A stretch of DNA of 64,000 nt from Anthoceros angustus. Taxonomy: Eukaryota; Plantae; Anthocerotophyta. Position 1 is the stretch's first letter; each line of letters begins with the position of its first letter. The notes under the pieces are model-generated. The model searched no databases, was not told where the DNA came from, and saw nothing but the letters and a program-made list of their open reading frames with translations. Position numbers and translations under genes: made by a program. The stretch covers positions 1,302,001 to 1,366,000 of the forward strand of contig VJWM01000011.1 of the NCBI GenBank assembly GCA_010909165.1, written 5' to 3'. Shown here one piece after another: positions 49,934-63,400 of the stretch.

Positions 49934-51085
49934 TCACATGTGAGCTCGCCTTTCCTGAATGTAATCTTCAAACAGTTGTCGATACATAGGCTCACCATGC
50001 TGAAGCCGGATGTTATGGAGAACACAACACACATAACACACTCGAGTAAAATGTTGGGCAGAACCTCTCCACATTTTTCGACCAAGTATCCGCCAAACAT
50101 ATTTGAGCAAGCTAAATGCACCTTCCACTACCATGCGGGTAGAGGATTGCTTAAAATTAAAAGCATCCCATTTAGCACTGTATTGCCGTCCAGGGAAAGA
50201 TGTAACCAACCAGGGCATATTTGGATAACCGGCATCTGCAAGAAGGTACTCACGCACAACACCTGTGGAGAGGTGTAGGACAAGATCATTTAAGTGTCTT
50301 CCAGTACATGCATCAGCATACAGCAAACTATTACGGAGGATTCTCGTGTCTCTTGCATTACCAGGCCATCCTGTCACCATGTCCAAGAATGCTTTATCTG
50401 GTCCCACTACGGCCTCCATAGCCATAGTGTAGGTATCATATTTGCCGTAGTAGTCCGTGCTGAGCCCATGTCCAGGTAGTTCGATTGTAAAATGTGTCCC
50501 GTCTATAACTCCACAGCAATTTTGGAACCCCTGTTGCAATTTGAAACCAAGCTTGATTTCCTCGAACCTGGTAGGTGAAGGCCATTGTAGGGGGTGTTTC
50601 CTTCGTTGCAAAACTGAGGCCACAAAATGGCGGCAGACATCAAATACCATGGTGATGCCTACACCGAACAATTCTCCAAGGCTTGAGTAAGAATCCCCCG
50701 TTGCCAATCGACTCAGAGCAATCATGACTTGCTTCCCGACAGGTAGCATACGGCTTGGAATTTGGCTGAATCCTGGTACTTTTGTAGGCTGGAGGTCTAC
50801 ATCAAAGAGGGAGCACACATATTCAAAGGAACTTGGACTGAATCGAAAAAACATCGCAAATCTAGAAGCATCCTCCCTTGCAACGTGAGAATTGTAGAGT
50901 AAGAAAATGCCTTCAAAGGCCTTGCAATGCTGAGATTTCCAACACACCAGACTGTACGGCCATGTCCAATTCCTCTTAGGAGTGTTCAAGCACCTGAGAT
51001 GATACGCCATAAAATGACCTACACAGTCGAGTGGCATTGGATTGCGCTTGATGGATATCTGCAATGATGGCCGCCAGGGCTCCAA
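49934..51085 (-). CDS. PIF/Harbinger (HARBI1-like) DDE transposase
   Basis: GVIDGTHF, GWPGNARD, LADAGYP, RMVVEGAFSLLK, CCVLHN; the N-terminus is uncertain. Confidence 0.92.
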   Translation of the reverse strand: MEPWRPSLQISIKRNPMPLDCVGHFMAYHLRCLNTPKRNWTWPYSLVCWKSQHCKAFEGIFLLYNSHVAREDASRFAMFFRFSPSSFEYVCSLFDVDLQPTKVPGFSQIPSRMLPVGKQVMIALSRLATGDSYSSLGELFGVGITMVFDVCRHFVASVLQRRKHPLQWPSPTRFEEIKLGFKLQQGFQNCCGVIDGTHFTIELPGHGLSTDYYGKYDTYTMAMEAVVGPDKAFLDMVTGWPGNARDTRILRNSLLYADACTGRHLNDLVLHLSTGVVREYLLADAGYPNMPWLVTSFPGRQYSAKWDAFNFKQSSTRMVVEGAFSLLKYVWRILGRKMWRGSAQHFTRVCYVCCVLHNIRLQHGEPMYRQLFEDYIQERRAHM

Positions 51086-51599
51086 GCAGCGGCACCAATC
51101 TTTCCATCGTGAGGTCTACAACAGGAAGAGTCGGGGAGACTGTGTGCGAAGTCTACAGCAGAGTGAGTCGGGGAGACTGTGTGCTCAAGTGTCACCGGGC
51201 AACCTACAAATCCAGGTTCCCGTGCTTTTTTCTTGCGGGCACAAGCGAACGTGCCAGAATCGATAAGCTGGCTTTTTCCGGAACCGGCACCGAGTACATG
51301 TGAAATCGCTCTTAGGGCATCACGGGACTCGTTTGATATAGCATCGTGTTAGGGCATCACGGGAGACGTGGTTTGATGTTCCGACATCGGTTCAGTTCAA
51401 ACCCATCGGACCGGCTTCTTATTAGGCTTGTTTTTTTCAGGACCTCGCCTTTTTCGGTACCTCATGAGGCGCCTGTAAGACAATGTCTTGCCTACCGGCT
51501 CCCCTTAAAGCGTCTCGTGCAGGACCCCAAGGACAAGGCTGCCTGAGCATTATTTCTTTTCACCACACCGGTGACTAGAGAAACCACCACGGGAGCACA

Positions 51600-52022
51600 A
51601 TTTCGTCCTTCGGAGTCCTTATTGCCAGGAAGTACAACCAGGAGAAGGTGATTTGCCGGAAGTAAGTGTGTGGTTACAGCTTTGGGTGCTGGTTTGAACA
51701 ATTCTCTGCTTGACTTTACTATAGTCACCAAGCACCTATCTTATGGGAGCAGAGAATCTGTACTCTATCGCAGTGTCTAAAATTTGTTTGTGTTCAGCTC
51801 TGACTGAGTTTCTGATGTGAAACACAGGTGCTATGCCCGCCTTCACCCAAGGGCCGTGAATTGTAGGAAGAAGAAGTGTGGCCACAGTAACCAGGTAAGC
51901 AACGCGGAGGCTCTGTCTCCCATGTGTCGTTTTCGCTTCCATATGCCATGTACTGCGCTCAGGATGTCTTATGCATGCTATCTGTGCTTCCGCAACTGCG
52001 CCCCAAGAAGAAGATCAAGTAG
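51600..52022 (+). pseudogene. RPL40: Ribosomal protein L40 (eL40) remnant lacking the ubiquitin moiety
   Basis: ARKYNQEKVICRK | [22 protein letters not shown] | LRPKKKIK*; the last acceptor is AA instead of AG (51994-51995); no upstream ATG or ubiquitin. Confidence 0.85.
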
Positions 52023-53828
52023 ATAATTTACTATTCCCACCAGGGTTGAATTCAGTTTTTATTCATGAATGTTGCCATATCGCCATGCTGTTGTACCACC
52101 AAGTGTTATTCGGACAACCTCGAGGATGTTTCAATGTAAACTAGGAAAAATCGCACAACTTTTTTGCTATTGCAGCTAAGGAGACTTCTAACTTGAAGGT
52201 CAGACTCCCAAGTTACTAAGGACACTCTTCTGGCTAAGTACGACCCGCAAGAAGAATTTCTCAGGCAGCAAACTCTTCAAAATCTTCAAAAAATGGCTCA
52301 AGAGTTTATCTGCGATAGCCAAACAGTTGAGGGATTCATTGTGAGTCGATTTGCGCGACCGTGCTCCGGGATTCATGTGTGCTATAGTTGATCGATGGAT
52401 GCTAGTGGTCTCACATTAGGGCTTCGACACCCATAAATATCTGTGTTTTCAATTGTTCGTATTTGACGGACAGAAAGATCCTAGTGGTTTGACAAAGGAA
52501 AGCAATATGCCGTCCATCCTTCATAAGAAAAGGGACGGTGGGTTTGGATGTAAGCAATAAATCGTCCCGAGCCATGCAGGAGTAATGCACGTAATACAAA
52601 CAGGCAGATGTGTTGATACATACTTGGCTGTTTCTTAAATGCATCTAGAGTAGGCATTATAAATAGATGTGTTGATGCTTGGCTGTTAGAAAAAAAGGAG
52701 ATGTAGGTGAAATACGAAATGGGGGTGTTAACTCTCAAGTCTCAAGCGCGGTAGCTAGTTAGTCTAATAAAGGAGGGAGCGGGCGCGGTAGCCTAATAAA
52801 GCACATAGTCTGGGCGTGAATGACGCTTGAGCCACTGTGACGCCACGACCTGGGATGCCACTTCCCCCGCTTTTCCTCGCACGCCCGCGTCCGCACTGGC
52901 CTGGCGCCCGATCGCCCACGGGCATCGCGTCGCCTCGCCCCGCGATCCCGAGCGCCGCGCTCCCATCCCTCGCACCGCGCAAGCCGGTTGGCTGGCTGCC
53001 GCCGCGGCAATCCCCTTCCTCGGGCCTGGCCACCCTCTGCTGCTGCCTGCTGCTGCGTGCCTGCCTGCCTGCCTGCCGCTCTCACATCTTGCTCAGGGTT
53101 TTGGCTTGCCACCGCAAAGCCCTTGCTCCTGTTCACCTGCATGCTGCATTCTGCACGGAACGATGCGCTCGCCACCGGAATGCGGCTAATGCCTGGGACA
53201 AGCATCCCTGCTGCATGCCCCAGCTCTGCCCGTGTGCCGGGCCCTGTGATGTGATGTAATCCCTATGTTTTTGCACGCTCAGCATGTGATGTGGAGTCCT
53301 CCCCTACTGCTCCTGCTCCTGCTCCTGCTAGCCTGATCCCTGTACATACGTTTGCGTGCGTGCGTGCCTGCTGTTTCCGTTCTTTCCGTCTTTTGGTTGG
53401 AAAAGCGTACCATTCTGATATGGCCTCCCGGCTCTCCTTGGGCAGTCGTGAAGCGTGGGAATGGACAAAAAAAGCTGCAAGTTTCCGGCATGGGATTTGA
53501 GAGAGAATTGTGTCTTCGTGGCCCAGCACTGGCCGGAGTGCGTGAGTAGGATGGAAACGGTCTTGCAGCAGTTCTGGAAGGCCACAAAAGCAAGGCTTTT
53601 GACAGGTGTTTCTATCTCTCTTGCAATTTGCAACACGCCTGTCGCAAGACCTGCGTGCTAGTCACTGGGACCTAGATCTAGATGGATGGATGGATGGAGC
53701 ATGCGCTCATGTCTGCTTTATGCTTTAGCTGAGGCCTTTGGCAGGTCTCGTTAGGATTCAAATCCCTGTTTTCAGGTGTGTCGGCAGCACCAAGCACCTG
53801 TGGACACTGCATTTGTACTTCGAGGAAG

Positions 53829-56760
53829 ATGGCAGTAGCTGCATTTAGGTCTACCACGAAGAGAAACTGCAGCATAGGGGGGAATGACAACAATAGTTCA
53901 AATTCTCGTGCCAAGCATACCACTCCTCAGAAACGAGGTCACAGAAGGTCCAAAAGTTTGTCCGACACTTCTCCTAGATATGCCTCTGATACTGGTTCAG
54001 GGGGAGATGGTCGATTTGGCCCAGCAGATACTGGCTTTCACGTAAGGCAGTCTTGGTCCGTACAGCCTTCAAGTGATTCAGAGGTGAGTCCATCTACGTT
54101 TTTTTCACTTTCCACTATCAGTCTTTCACATTACCTATTCCCTACAGTCTATTCCTTGTGCTATCCACCCCGACCCGGTCATGGCAGCTGTCTCAAGCAA
54201 CTACTCACATGTTATTGTCCTTGTTGTCTACCAGAGTGAAGCTGAAGGATTTGCTCAGCGTCGCCGCTATCAACGCACCAGCCTGGACTTCGGCTCTTTG
54301 CGGAGGGATCTAGCTCGGGGTGAAAAGTGTAGACAATGCACTGGACTTAGAAGATCATCAAGTCAGCTTGATTTGTCGACCTCTCAAGCTGACGTAGTTT
54401 GTGTATGAACTCCACCTCTAATTGCATCCACTACCACGAGTCGTTCTGTGCGTAACTGGCTGCTGAATGTATGTATGTATTTCAGGTTGATGCTGAACAA
54501 CTGTGCAATTTTGCAGAGACATGGCCGAATTGTGGCCGTTGCCCAGCAGTCGAAAGACTGTTCTGAGGCGCAGGTTGAAGAGAAGACAATTCGAACTATA
54601 CATTCCCAGATGAAGGTGTGACTTAAAGTCAGACGTCCAGTCAGTCCATGAATTATGTTCTGGGTGCCACTCATAGAGTAGAGTCTTGCTAGAATTCTTT
54701 TCCCGGACTCCCAAGTGGGGTGGCCTTTGGTTCTAAAGAGTTTCTCTGCTTGGGATTGTTCTTCTGGTGACAAATGTCATTCACCAATGTCTTCTACTTA
54801 AAGATTTTTGGTTTATGTATACAGCAGCCACTGGAGAGCGATCCTCCGTCTGTGGAACAAGATCCCATCAGCCTCTACAATGCTATGCGGGCAGAAGTCA
54901 GAAGAGCGGTTGCTGATCTTAGGGTCGAGCTGGAGCAGGTACAAGTCCCAGTCCGTACGGACTAGATTGCCAATTTATTCTGGAAACCTTTAGTAGTGTA
55001 TCAGTAGTTCTCTTGACCTAGACCTCCAGCAGTGCACTCTAACATCTTGTGTCGTTCATGCTTCTGTACAGTCAATGGGAAAGGAGCCGATGTCCCCCAG
55101 CACTGCATCATCAGGGGAGTTCTGTCCAACCAGTCAAGCTACAGTTCAAACTGAAGTTTTCCAGGCGGTTGCTGAAGTGAGGAGAGAATTTGCAGCCAAG
55201 CTTGAGCAGGTTTCTTCTGACTGAGTCTTTCCTGGATCCTCAGTTTAGCCTCTGTGTGTGCAGCTGTGGTGCTGGCCCAAATCGTTAATTGTCCTGATCC
55301 TTTCACATGGCTTGTTAGTCTGAGAAGAGAGCTCAGGAGCTGTGGACACAGCTAGCTGTTGAAGAAAGGCGGTGTTTGGACCTTGTAAAATTTGTGAAGG
55401 AGATTCTACCAACCTGTGGCCTTCAGCCTCGCCAAAGTCTTCCTCAGGTCATCCGGGTATGAACATGGACTAGTGAATTTTCAGGGTTGGGTGGGTTTTA
55501 TTCATGTTGTTGTGTTTTTCAGATTCACGGTGTTCCCCTGAGTAAGTCTTAGTTGTATTTTTACTGCAGGGACCCCTGGAAAAACAGATTCTAAGGATGG
55601 GTGGAGAGAAACAATGGGTTTCCAAAACTCTAGATGAAGATGCCAGAAGGTATTTTGAGGAGTGTGTTTCAATCTCCGTTCTAGATTCTGAAGGCAAGGA
55701 TGTCTCCTCTCCTGGGAAGCAAGATCTGCGGGTTAGAAGTCCAGGGAGAGTCATTAGAAGCTCTCCTGGCTCCCCATTGGCTGGGAGGTTACTGGCCGAG
55801 TCATCACGGAAATCAAATGATAAGGGTACGGAACCTGTGTCCTTGGTGAGATCACCGTCAGACTTGTCATTATCTGATACTCAAGATGGCCTCGTGCTCC
55901 CGTGGCTTGACTGGGAAACTGAGGTGGAAAATGGGCCCAAGAAAGGCTCAAGAAATGGCAACGTTCATCAGGTATATCCAACAACAACACAATATGTAAC
56001 CCTTCTTCATGAGTGTTATCCAAGCTGTTCAATTGACTGGAGTATTGTGCTGCAGTGGAGTTGGATGAGTTTTGCTATTGTTATGGCTTTGATGTTGTGG
56101 TCACCTTGAACAAAGCTGGTCATCTCAAATGCCTTTTCAATGACATACTGGGGAAGAGCTGGTTGAGGTGAATGATGAGCAGCTCAAGTTCATTTGTAGC
56201 TCTGCGTGACTGGAAGTTTTTGTGTGATTCCTGAGTTGGATGAAGCCTCTACCATCCTACCCTAATCCAGATATCCTCCCCTAATCAGAATTGACAGCAG
56301 GTGTTTCATTAACTTACCCTGGTTGCTTGGTGTGATCAAGCTAGTCAGCAATGTTGTCTCTATGACTGGAGGCGAGTGTTCACTGTTAAGCTAATCGTCT
56401 CATGACAATGTATTGTTGTGTTAGGAACCAAGCCGTGCAGCGTGTTCATACAATTGGGACAACTGTCAAGTAGATACCTCCAGTGAGTCTGCCTTCCCTG
56501 AATTCAGAGAGTTTGGAGCAGGCGTAGAAGCTGGATTCTCAGCTTTGTCATTAGGTGACAAGTCTTCTAGAGGAGTAGCAGGTGATGCTGGAAGGTTTCT
56601 GCACAGCAATCTGCCGAAAGCACTGGATGGGAGCTTTCAGCGCAGATGGCATAGATGGAAACATGGAATCAAGGCAGAGGAGTATGTAGTACAGAGGATA
56701 AGGTTTAGGAACAGGATTTCTAGTGGGAGGATTCATATATGTGGAGGCAAGCGGCTATAA
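53829..56760 (+). CDS. Conserved plant uncharacterised coiled-coil protein (MAxxAFxSTTxR family), 8 exons
   Basis: Exons 53829-54083, 54235-54393, 54517-54615, 54825-54938, 55072-55209, 55319-55456, 55570-55971, 56425-56760, GT-AG and in frame; motifs HRRSKSLS, EKTIR, EVRRAVA, LVLPWLDWET, RISSGRIHIC. Confidence 0.8.
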
Positions 56761-57658
56761 GTGACTCAAGGAAGGAGAAGCCGAAGGCAAATGATAAACG
56801 TAGCAGCAGACCGCTGTGTAATCTAAGTGAGTTTTGGGAGCGTGGCCGTTGTCTAATACTACAGCTTCAACACTTAGGTACTTCATCTATCATGCAAGAC
56901 GGTTTCACGTTTCCGACAAGCTAGAAGCGCGTGAGCAGAAGTAAATATTTCCAGAAACAGTGGCGACGTGTCGACTTCGTTCAGGAGCTTGTGTGTGACC
57001 TACATGTTGACAATGGTGAACGGTCTGGAGAACTGCCGAGGCTGCCCCTCCGACGAAGATGTCCAGATAACGGGTGGTGGCTCTCAACTATCCACCATGA
57101 GGTCTCTACCCTTGATCCCCAGAACCTTGGACAGGGCTGGAAAATCAGAACTCACGCAGAGCACAAATTCGTGACGTACTGAGAACTGCCAGCAGGGGAC
57201 TTGCTTGCGTCGCGGCAACCATTGCTCTAACAGGTAACCGGTTAATTAGCCTGAGTTTGCAGTATTGCAGGCAGAGAGGTCCTGAAGACGGGTGATATCC
57301 CTTTGTTCGAAAATGACATTACCCTGTGATTGGAATAGACTTCTGCGTACATGACTGGCACCAAATGTGGCTGAAAGCGTCTACATAGTATTTGTTCCTC
57401 GTTCGTTCGTTCCTTCCGCTGGTACTATGCCGTGCTTAGGACAAAATACTTGATCCTAACTTGTCCCTACTGAATGCCTGGAATGGTACCATACTACCCA
57501 AATGTACGTAGGTCAGTTCGTAGTAAGCCTTCATCCACTCGCAGGATTGCCACCAGACCGACAAACATAACCTTTTGCACAACCAGATAAACGTGAATCA
57601 AGGGTTGAGGCTCTCCACATCATCTCCTCCCCTCAAAAGAGAATGTTCTTCCCACTAA

Positions 57659-59775
57659 TCAAGGGTTGAGAGTCGGGTGAGGAGGAGGTTGCCGGCTCCA
57701 GGCAAGCCGCTCAGTAGCTGCCTCAAGGAACTCCAAAGCAGGACTGCCTGCTTTCAAGCATCTGGGAGTCTTGTACTGCCACGTCAACGCTCCGGGCGTC
57801 GCCGAGGTCCGCTGGGCCAGCTTCCGGAAGCTCCCAGACTCCACAATCCGCAGCTGCAAAGGAGCAATCGTCCCGACGTTCCGTCTCCTCTTGTACAGCT
57901 CACTCAGTCCCGCTTCGATTGCGAGGCAGCATTTCTCCAGTTGTGAGACATCCGCACCCTGCCCGCCCGGCTGGCTGAGTTCCCAGAAGATAACGTAGTG
58001 GCCGGGAATGGAGGCCACGCTCGTGGCGCTAGTCTAGTCAAGGAGGTGAGCATCCGGTGGAAGTTCCTGCTTGGCGGCCGCATTCAGCACGCGCATCAGG
58101 TCAGATTCCTCTGTCTTGTCCGTGCTGATACTCAGAAGCACGTTCTTCCTGCGCATGAACCTGAATGCCGGAGCGGCACGGTGGAATCCCACGCATTTCA
58201 GGATATCTCCAATCCGGTATCTCCACAGGCCTGTATGACAGGCGAGACACTTCATTCTTTGAGCTAATGAGATTCAAAGATTTGTGAAAGCAATCTCACC
58301 TGCGAAATTGGTGACTACCAATTCATACTCCCGTCCCTCTCTCACAGCTGTGAGCTCAACCGGCTTGAGGACGGACTAAGTCTCCTCCTCGCTCACCTCG
58401 AGGAACTTATAGTAAGCGCAGTCCGGTACTAGAACACACGCCACCTCTCTTGGAGGAACGCTAAGCATGACGTTCATCCCGAAGTAGCCTTCGGGATCTG
58501 AGAGCCGGTGAGAAATTCCACGTAGTCCAGATACTGTTCCATGGAGCCTGTAATCGTGCACTTCACCGCATTCAGATTGGGCCAAAGGCGAAGCGCAATC
58601 CCCTTCAACGACTCCTTGCTGCACTCCGCTCTGATTGAACGAGCAAGCTCCTGATTAGGTTTTGCCAACACCTCAGACCAGGATTCACGGAGCGCAGTGC
58701 GGCTGCTCAGCTTGCCTTCTTCTATGTCGCTGAATATCTCCGCCCACCACTGCTTGAGATTGCCGAAGAAGTTGGCCAAGCCTGAAGCAAAGGCCACACT
58801 TATGTCAGTCACCTGCGCCCAGCCGATCAACCCGCAGACAAGATGGCCATACGTTGCTTGTTCGTAATCCTCGCATAGGAGGACCGCGGCTGGGCTTATC
58901 GGGGTCTTCCACAAGTCTACGTTGGCTGGTCTGTTGGACAACTTCTTGAGAACACTGGTCGTTGTTGTCCCTATTGGCAGGCCCTCTGGACTGGTAGTCT
59001 GCGTGCCTGCACTGTAAACGAACAGGGCCAGCTGCATGACTTTGGTTTCTTCAGCCAATGTCCGGTGCACACAACAGAACAGCAAGATTATATTCGTCAG
59101 CAAAATTTGTGTATCATCTGCTTCTCAAGCTTGGACGTGCCACAGAGGTAGCCAGGCCGCCCGTGACCGACTGTGACACTCGAGGTACAGGGTGTTGAAG
59201 AAGACGTTCCAGACAGAGGTTACTGGGCATCTTCAGGCAAGCGGAAGGTCCTCTCCTTCACTGCATCCAGCCGTGTACACGGCCACAATACGTTTCCTGT
59301 CTTACGTTGATCACGCGTGTCCCTGTTCGCACCAGAAACGAACAGGATCACCACCTTGCCATAAAATCAGTGTAGTCCTAGGACTGGTGTCGAAACCAAG
59401 GACATGAACCAGTACTCCCTCCCATGGGCACCTGACAAGAAAATTCGGTTGTATCCTCGGAACATAAAATGTGAGCAGTGTTGTCCTGCAGCAACAGTGG
59501 CTCAAGACATGCACCGGTTGCTCCAGGGTTTGTTTAATTTCGTATTTTGAAAATAAATCTAAACAAACCCGGGGGAAAAATCTTCAGCAAGGGTTCTGAT
59601 TCCCCTATGTTAAGCATCGAATTCGATGACCGGAATGCAGGAGCGAAAGGACTCCAAATCGCTTCTGCCATTGAGCCCATGCCTGAGCAGGTACTCGCAG
59701 TCTGCGTTCTTGCCCAGTCAGTTCCCCAGCAACTTACTTTGCACGTCCCCTGCATTCTCGAGGCTGTGAAGCAAT
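57659..59775 (-). pseudogene. GH3: GH3 acyl-acid amido synthetase, disrupted
   Basis: NADCEYL..GLNGRSD..FRSCIPV; YGHLVCGL; EGYFGMN; YELVVTNFAG; LWRYRIGD; SIPGHYVIFWEL; frameshift/deletion near 58490 and in-frame stops (e.g. 58376). Confidence 0.88.
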
Positions 59776-60499
59776 AATGCTGCAACTTCTGAAGCAGCCA
59801 TGCTTCTGAGCAGAGTACTAGCTAGGCTGCTAGAGTATGCTATTCAGATGGAAGCTTAAGGTACTTTTACAGCCCAAGCGCTGGCACGCAATTTATTTCT
59901 CGTGCATAGCTGCCGATAAGATTCAGACACGTTTCGCTCTGCCTCGTCAGTGGATGCAGTCTTCGGCACACATAAAGGCCTGCTTTCCAATATAATAGGA
60001 TTATCGGCATCATCAGCATCCGCATCGTCCGGAAAAATAGTGAGTGAGCCACAGCGCGATGACAGTCCAGCCAAGCGTCTGCAACACGTTTGGCGTCAAC
60101 TTCGACAGAGTGCGAGCTTCCTCTAAAGCAGGGACGGTCCACGGATCCGATTGTTGCCCAACAAAACTTAGTTTCACAAACTGAGAACTCAAACTGTTTA
60201 TTGTATATGTGGACTTGATACACTGGATGAGGAGAATTGCTTTACGGGTGATATCTTCTGCTATCTCTGTAGCCCAGCTTTATTGCTGTACTTTATCACA
60301 CTTGAGATGCAAGAAGGTCCAATCAGCTTGTGACAGGTTGCGGCTGCACTGCTTGAGGGATAAGCTTTTGGAACTTGATCAAAAATACCTAGGACCCACC
60401 CCAGAGATAAATGTGCCCATGGATTCCACCTCTTGTTAGTTCTTGCTGTGAAGTATTGTGAAGTCCATCGGCTTGATGATCAACTTGGAACGTGTTCCT

Positions 60500-63400
60500 T
60501 GTTGAGATATGTAGCGTCCTAAGCATTAGGGCACGCTTCGTGCCAATCACGAAACGTTACTTAATTAAGCGGTTACTTCGCCAAGTTCCGCACCGTAAGA
60601 ACAATACCTTCCGTACATTCCGAGAGATCGGACGCAAAATCTATACACTGTGCGCATCAATCTAGAGCACATGCAACCTTAAACATGGTATCGAGCGGGG
60701 CGCTCACGCAGCCACGACTCTCTCGGTTATTATGCGGCTATCACGTAACAACGGCTACAAAGCAGGCCGTCGGACAAGCGGAGCTCTTGGAATCACAAAG
60801 ATTCCATAGGGAGCAGCAGGCTCTCAAGGAGGCCAATGAAGATTTACTTCACCATGCATGGTCGACATCATGCTCGACTCTCATTAATCGGAGAAGAATT
60901 GTGCCTCCGAGGATTCGTTGACCCACCCAACATGATTGGGGCTACATTCAAGTAGCGTTCTGTTTACAACATGACGCACTGTGATTATACTTCATACTTT
61001 GAGATTACATCGCACCTCTCCGTCCCACACATAAGAGACAAGATATCTACACACATTTCCAACATCCGCCGAGAGCACAACTGATAATCGTGCCTGATCG
61101 AGATCACGGAAATACAGGATAGCATCCTCAACAAACCGACAGCCCTTCACTACAATCCCACGAGCCAAGCACAAACACAATCGAAAATGATCTCTATTAC
61201 CATGAGGTGAACATAGACCACCTCGTGAGACATACTGTCTTCCTCCTATAGTCAATCCAACAATAGCACCACCGGCCTGCACACACACATACTACACACC
61301 AAAATGTCGCTCTTCCATCACCTATCAAAGGAGGATCGTTTGACGGAAGACATAACTCGGAAATTTAGAATCACCGAAATACTAAAGGAACGTAAGCTAT
61401 GGGCCTACGTTGGGGGCATAGGCAACCCCGATAGTCAAAGCACAACTGGTGCCTCCAGACCGCAATGGAAAGAGAAGATTGGGAAGACAAGAACCAACAG
61501 CGAAAAACATTATTATGCAATCCATGCGGTCAGGAAACGTACAACAAATCGCTGGAGTCGAAACCGCTGCCCAAGCCTGGACCCAGCTTCATGATATCTA
61601 CGCATCTACAGACATAATGCACATGGTGCAAACCATTAAATACATAAGGCTGCCGACTGCTGAGGAGTAAGGAAAGTCATTGGAGTTGAGACTTTCACTT
61701 GAGTCTTCGTCTGCCTTAATGAGCTTGAGATTCACTTCCATTGGTGTGGAAATGGGTTTAGAGTCGACATGTTATACTTAGATAGGACCTCATGAACGAT
61801 TTGGATTGATGTATTAATATGCTTCTAGATTCCTGCCTAACTATCGAATTCCTAGACAATAAGATAGGTCCCCGCATGTGGTCATAGCAAAACGTTTCAA
61901 AGCATTGACCTGGTGTCTTCTAACATAGACTTGGAATTGGACATAAGTACTATGTCATCTACATATCTGACAAGAAGAATGAAGTGGTTATTTGATCTAT
62001 TGATATAGATATTGCTATCGACTCTAGCTTAGCAAATCCTAGTGCTTCTAGGGTTTCATCTAGCTTAGCATACCACTCCATAGCACTTTGTTTTAATCCG
62101 TAAAGTGCCTTCAATAATAAGCAAGTATTGTATAGTCTCCTGTCAACCTTTAATCCTTCAGGTATCTCCATGTAAATGGTATGTTGAAGGTCACCATAGA
62201 GAAAGGCAGTTTTTATGTCCAGTTGCATGAGTTCATAGTCATGATGAGAAGCTAGTGCTATGAGGGTTCTAAGTGAGGTGATCTGGCACTACTAAATGTC
62301 TCATCATAGTCAAATCCGTATTTTTGTGAGTAACCCTTGGCCACTAATCTAGCCTTATACCTTTCTATGCCGCCATCGCATTCAACTTGATTTTAAATGT
62401 CCACTTAGACCCTACAAGTTTTCTTCCGGTGGTAAGGTAGTAAGGGTCCAAGTTTTATTGGCTTTAAGGAGTCTAACTCGACTTGATTGCTATCTTCCAA
62501 TTTTCTCTTTACGGGCATGTGATGGCTTCCGATAGTTAGCTGGGACAAACCGATCAATTGCGGATAGGCGAAGCTAAAGTGTTTTAGGATCTCCAATTAG
62601 TGGGTGAATATCTACGATCTCGACCGCATTGCTACGCTGAGGGCGTCTTCCTCTTGTGTCGGGATATTCGATGGTCGTGTTACATTTGCATCCAAGTCCT
62701 CGTGGTCAATGTCTTCATTTCCTAATAGGTCTTGAAGTTGTGTGGTATCCACGGAATTATGTATATTAGATATACCATAAGAAATCAGTTCACCTTGCTG
62801 AGTGCCGATGAAATGAGATGTTTGAGGAAACGATGAGAAGTCGAGTCAGTATGCGGTATGGGTCGAGCGCGAGCCACGGGTTGCCGGTGGCGATGTGTTG
62901 ATCGCTCAGTGCACGCGGTGAGTCTGCGGCCGGCGAAGTCGCCGCTGCGCTGCGGCATCCGGGCAGTCATCTCGGTCTTGTCGCGTAATTCGTGGCGGTA
63001 GACTCGGATCTGCTTGTCCCCGCTCAAGGGCGGGCCTGCGGGCGGCGAGATCTGAGGAGGAGAGGCATGGGCGTCAAGTCAAGGTCGCCAAAGTGGATCT
63101 TCGATATCTTAGATCCACCTCGACATGGGACTTCTATATCGGTCATCCACCAAGCCGGTGAGCCTCTCCAACTCCAAGGATTCGGTGATCTGATTGGGCT
63201 GGAGATCATGGCCTCGGGAGGAGCATCGGCTATGTATACACGCTAGGAGGGACCACTAGTTGGAGTAGCAAGCGGCAACAAGTTGTAGCCTTAAGCTCCA
63301 CGAGCAGTATCGCTCATTAACACATGCTAGCAAGGAGGGACTTTGGCAACTGCTCCAACTTTCAGAATTAGGAGAAGTGCAACTTTTGCCAAGACCTCTC

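Larger units (their letters stand above)
37283..51418. mobile_element. PIF/Harbinger transposon (two convergent genes) interrupted by a Copia
   Basis: Myb/SANT-like gene (+) and DDE transposase (-) are tail-to-tail once the Copia is removed; candidate ends TTA|GGAAGCGGCC and GGACCGGCTTC|TTA; short subterminal direct repeats at 51130-51365. The termini are tentative. Confidence 0.7.

Noticed and set aside
52750-53700. GC-rich ORFs upstream of the coiled-coil gene
   Set aside because: Low-complexity promoter/5' UTR with microsatellites; no coding signal.
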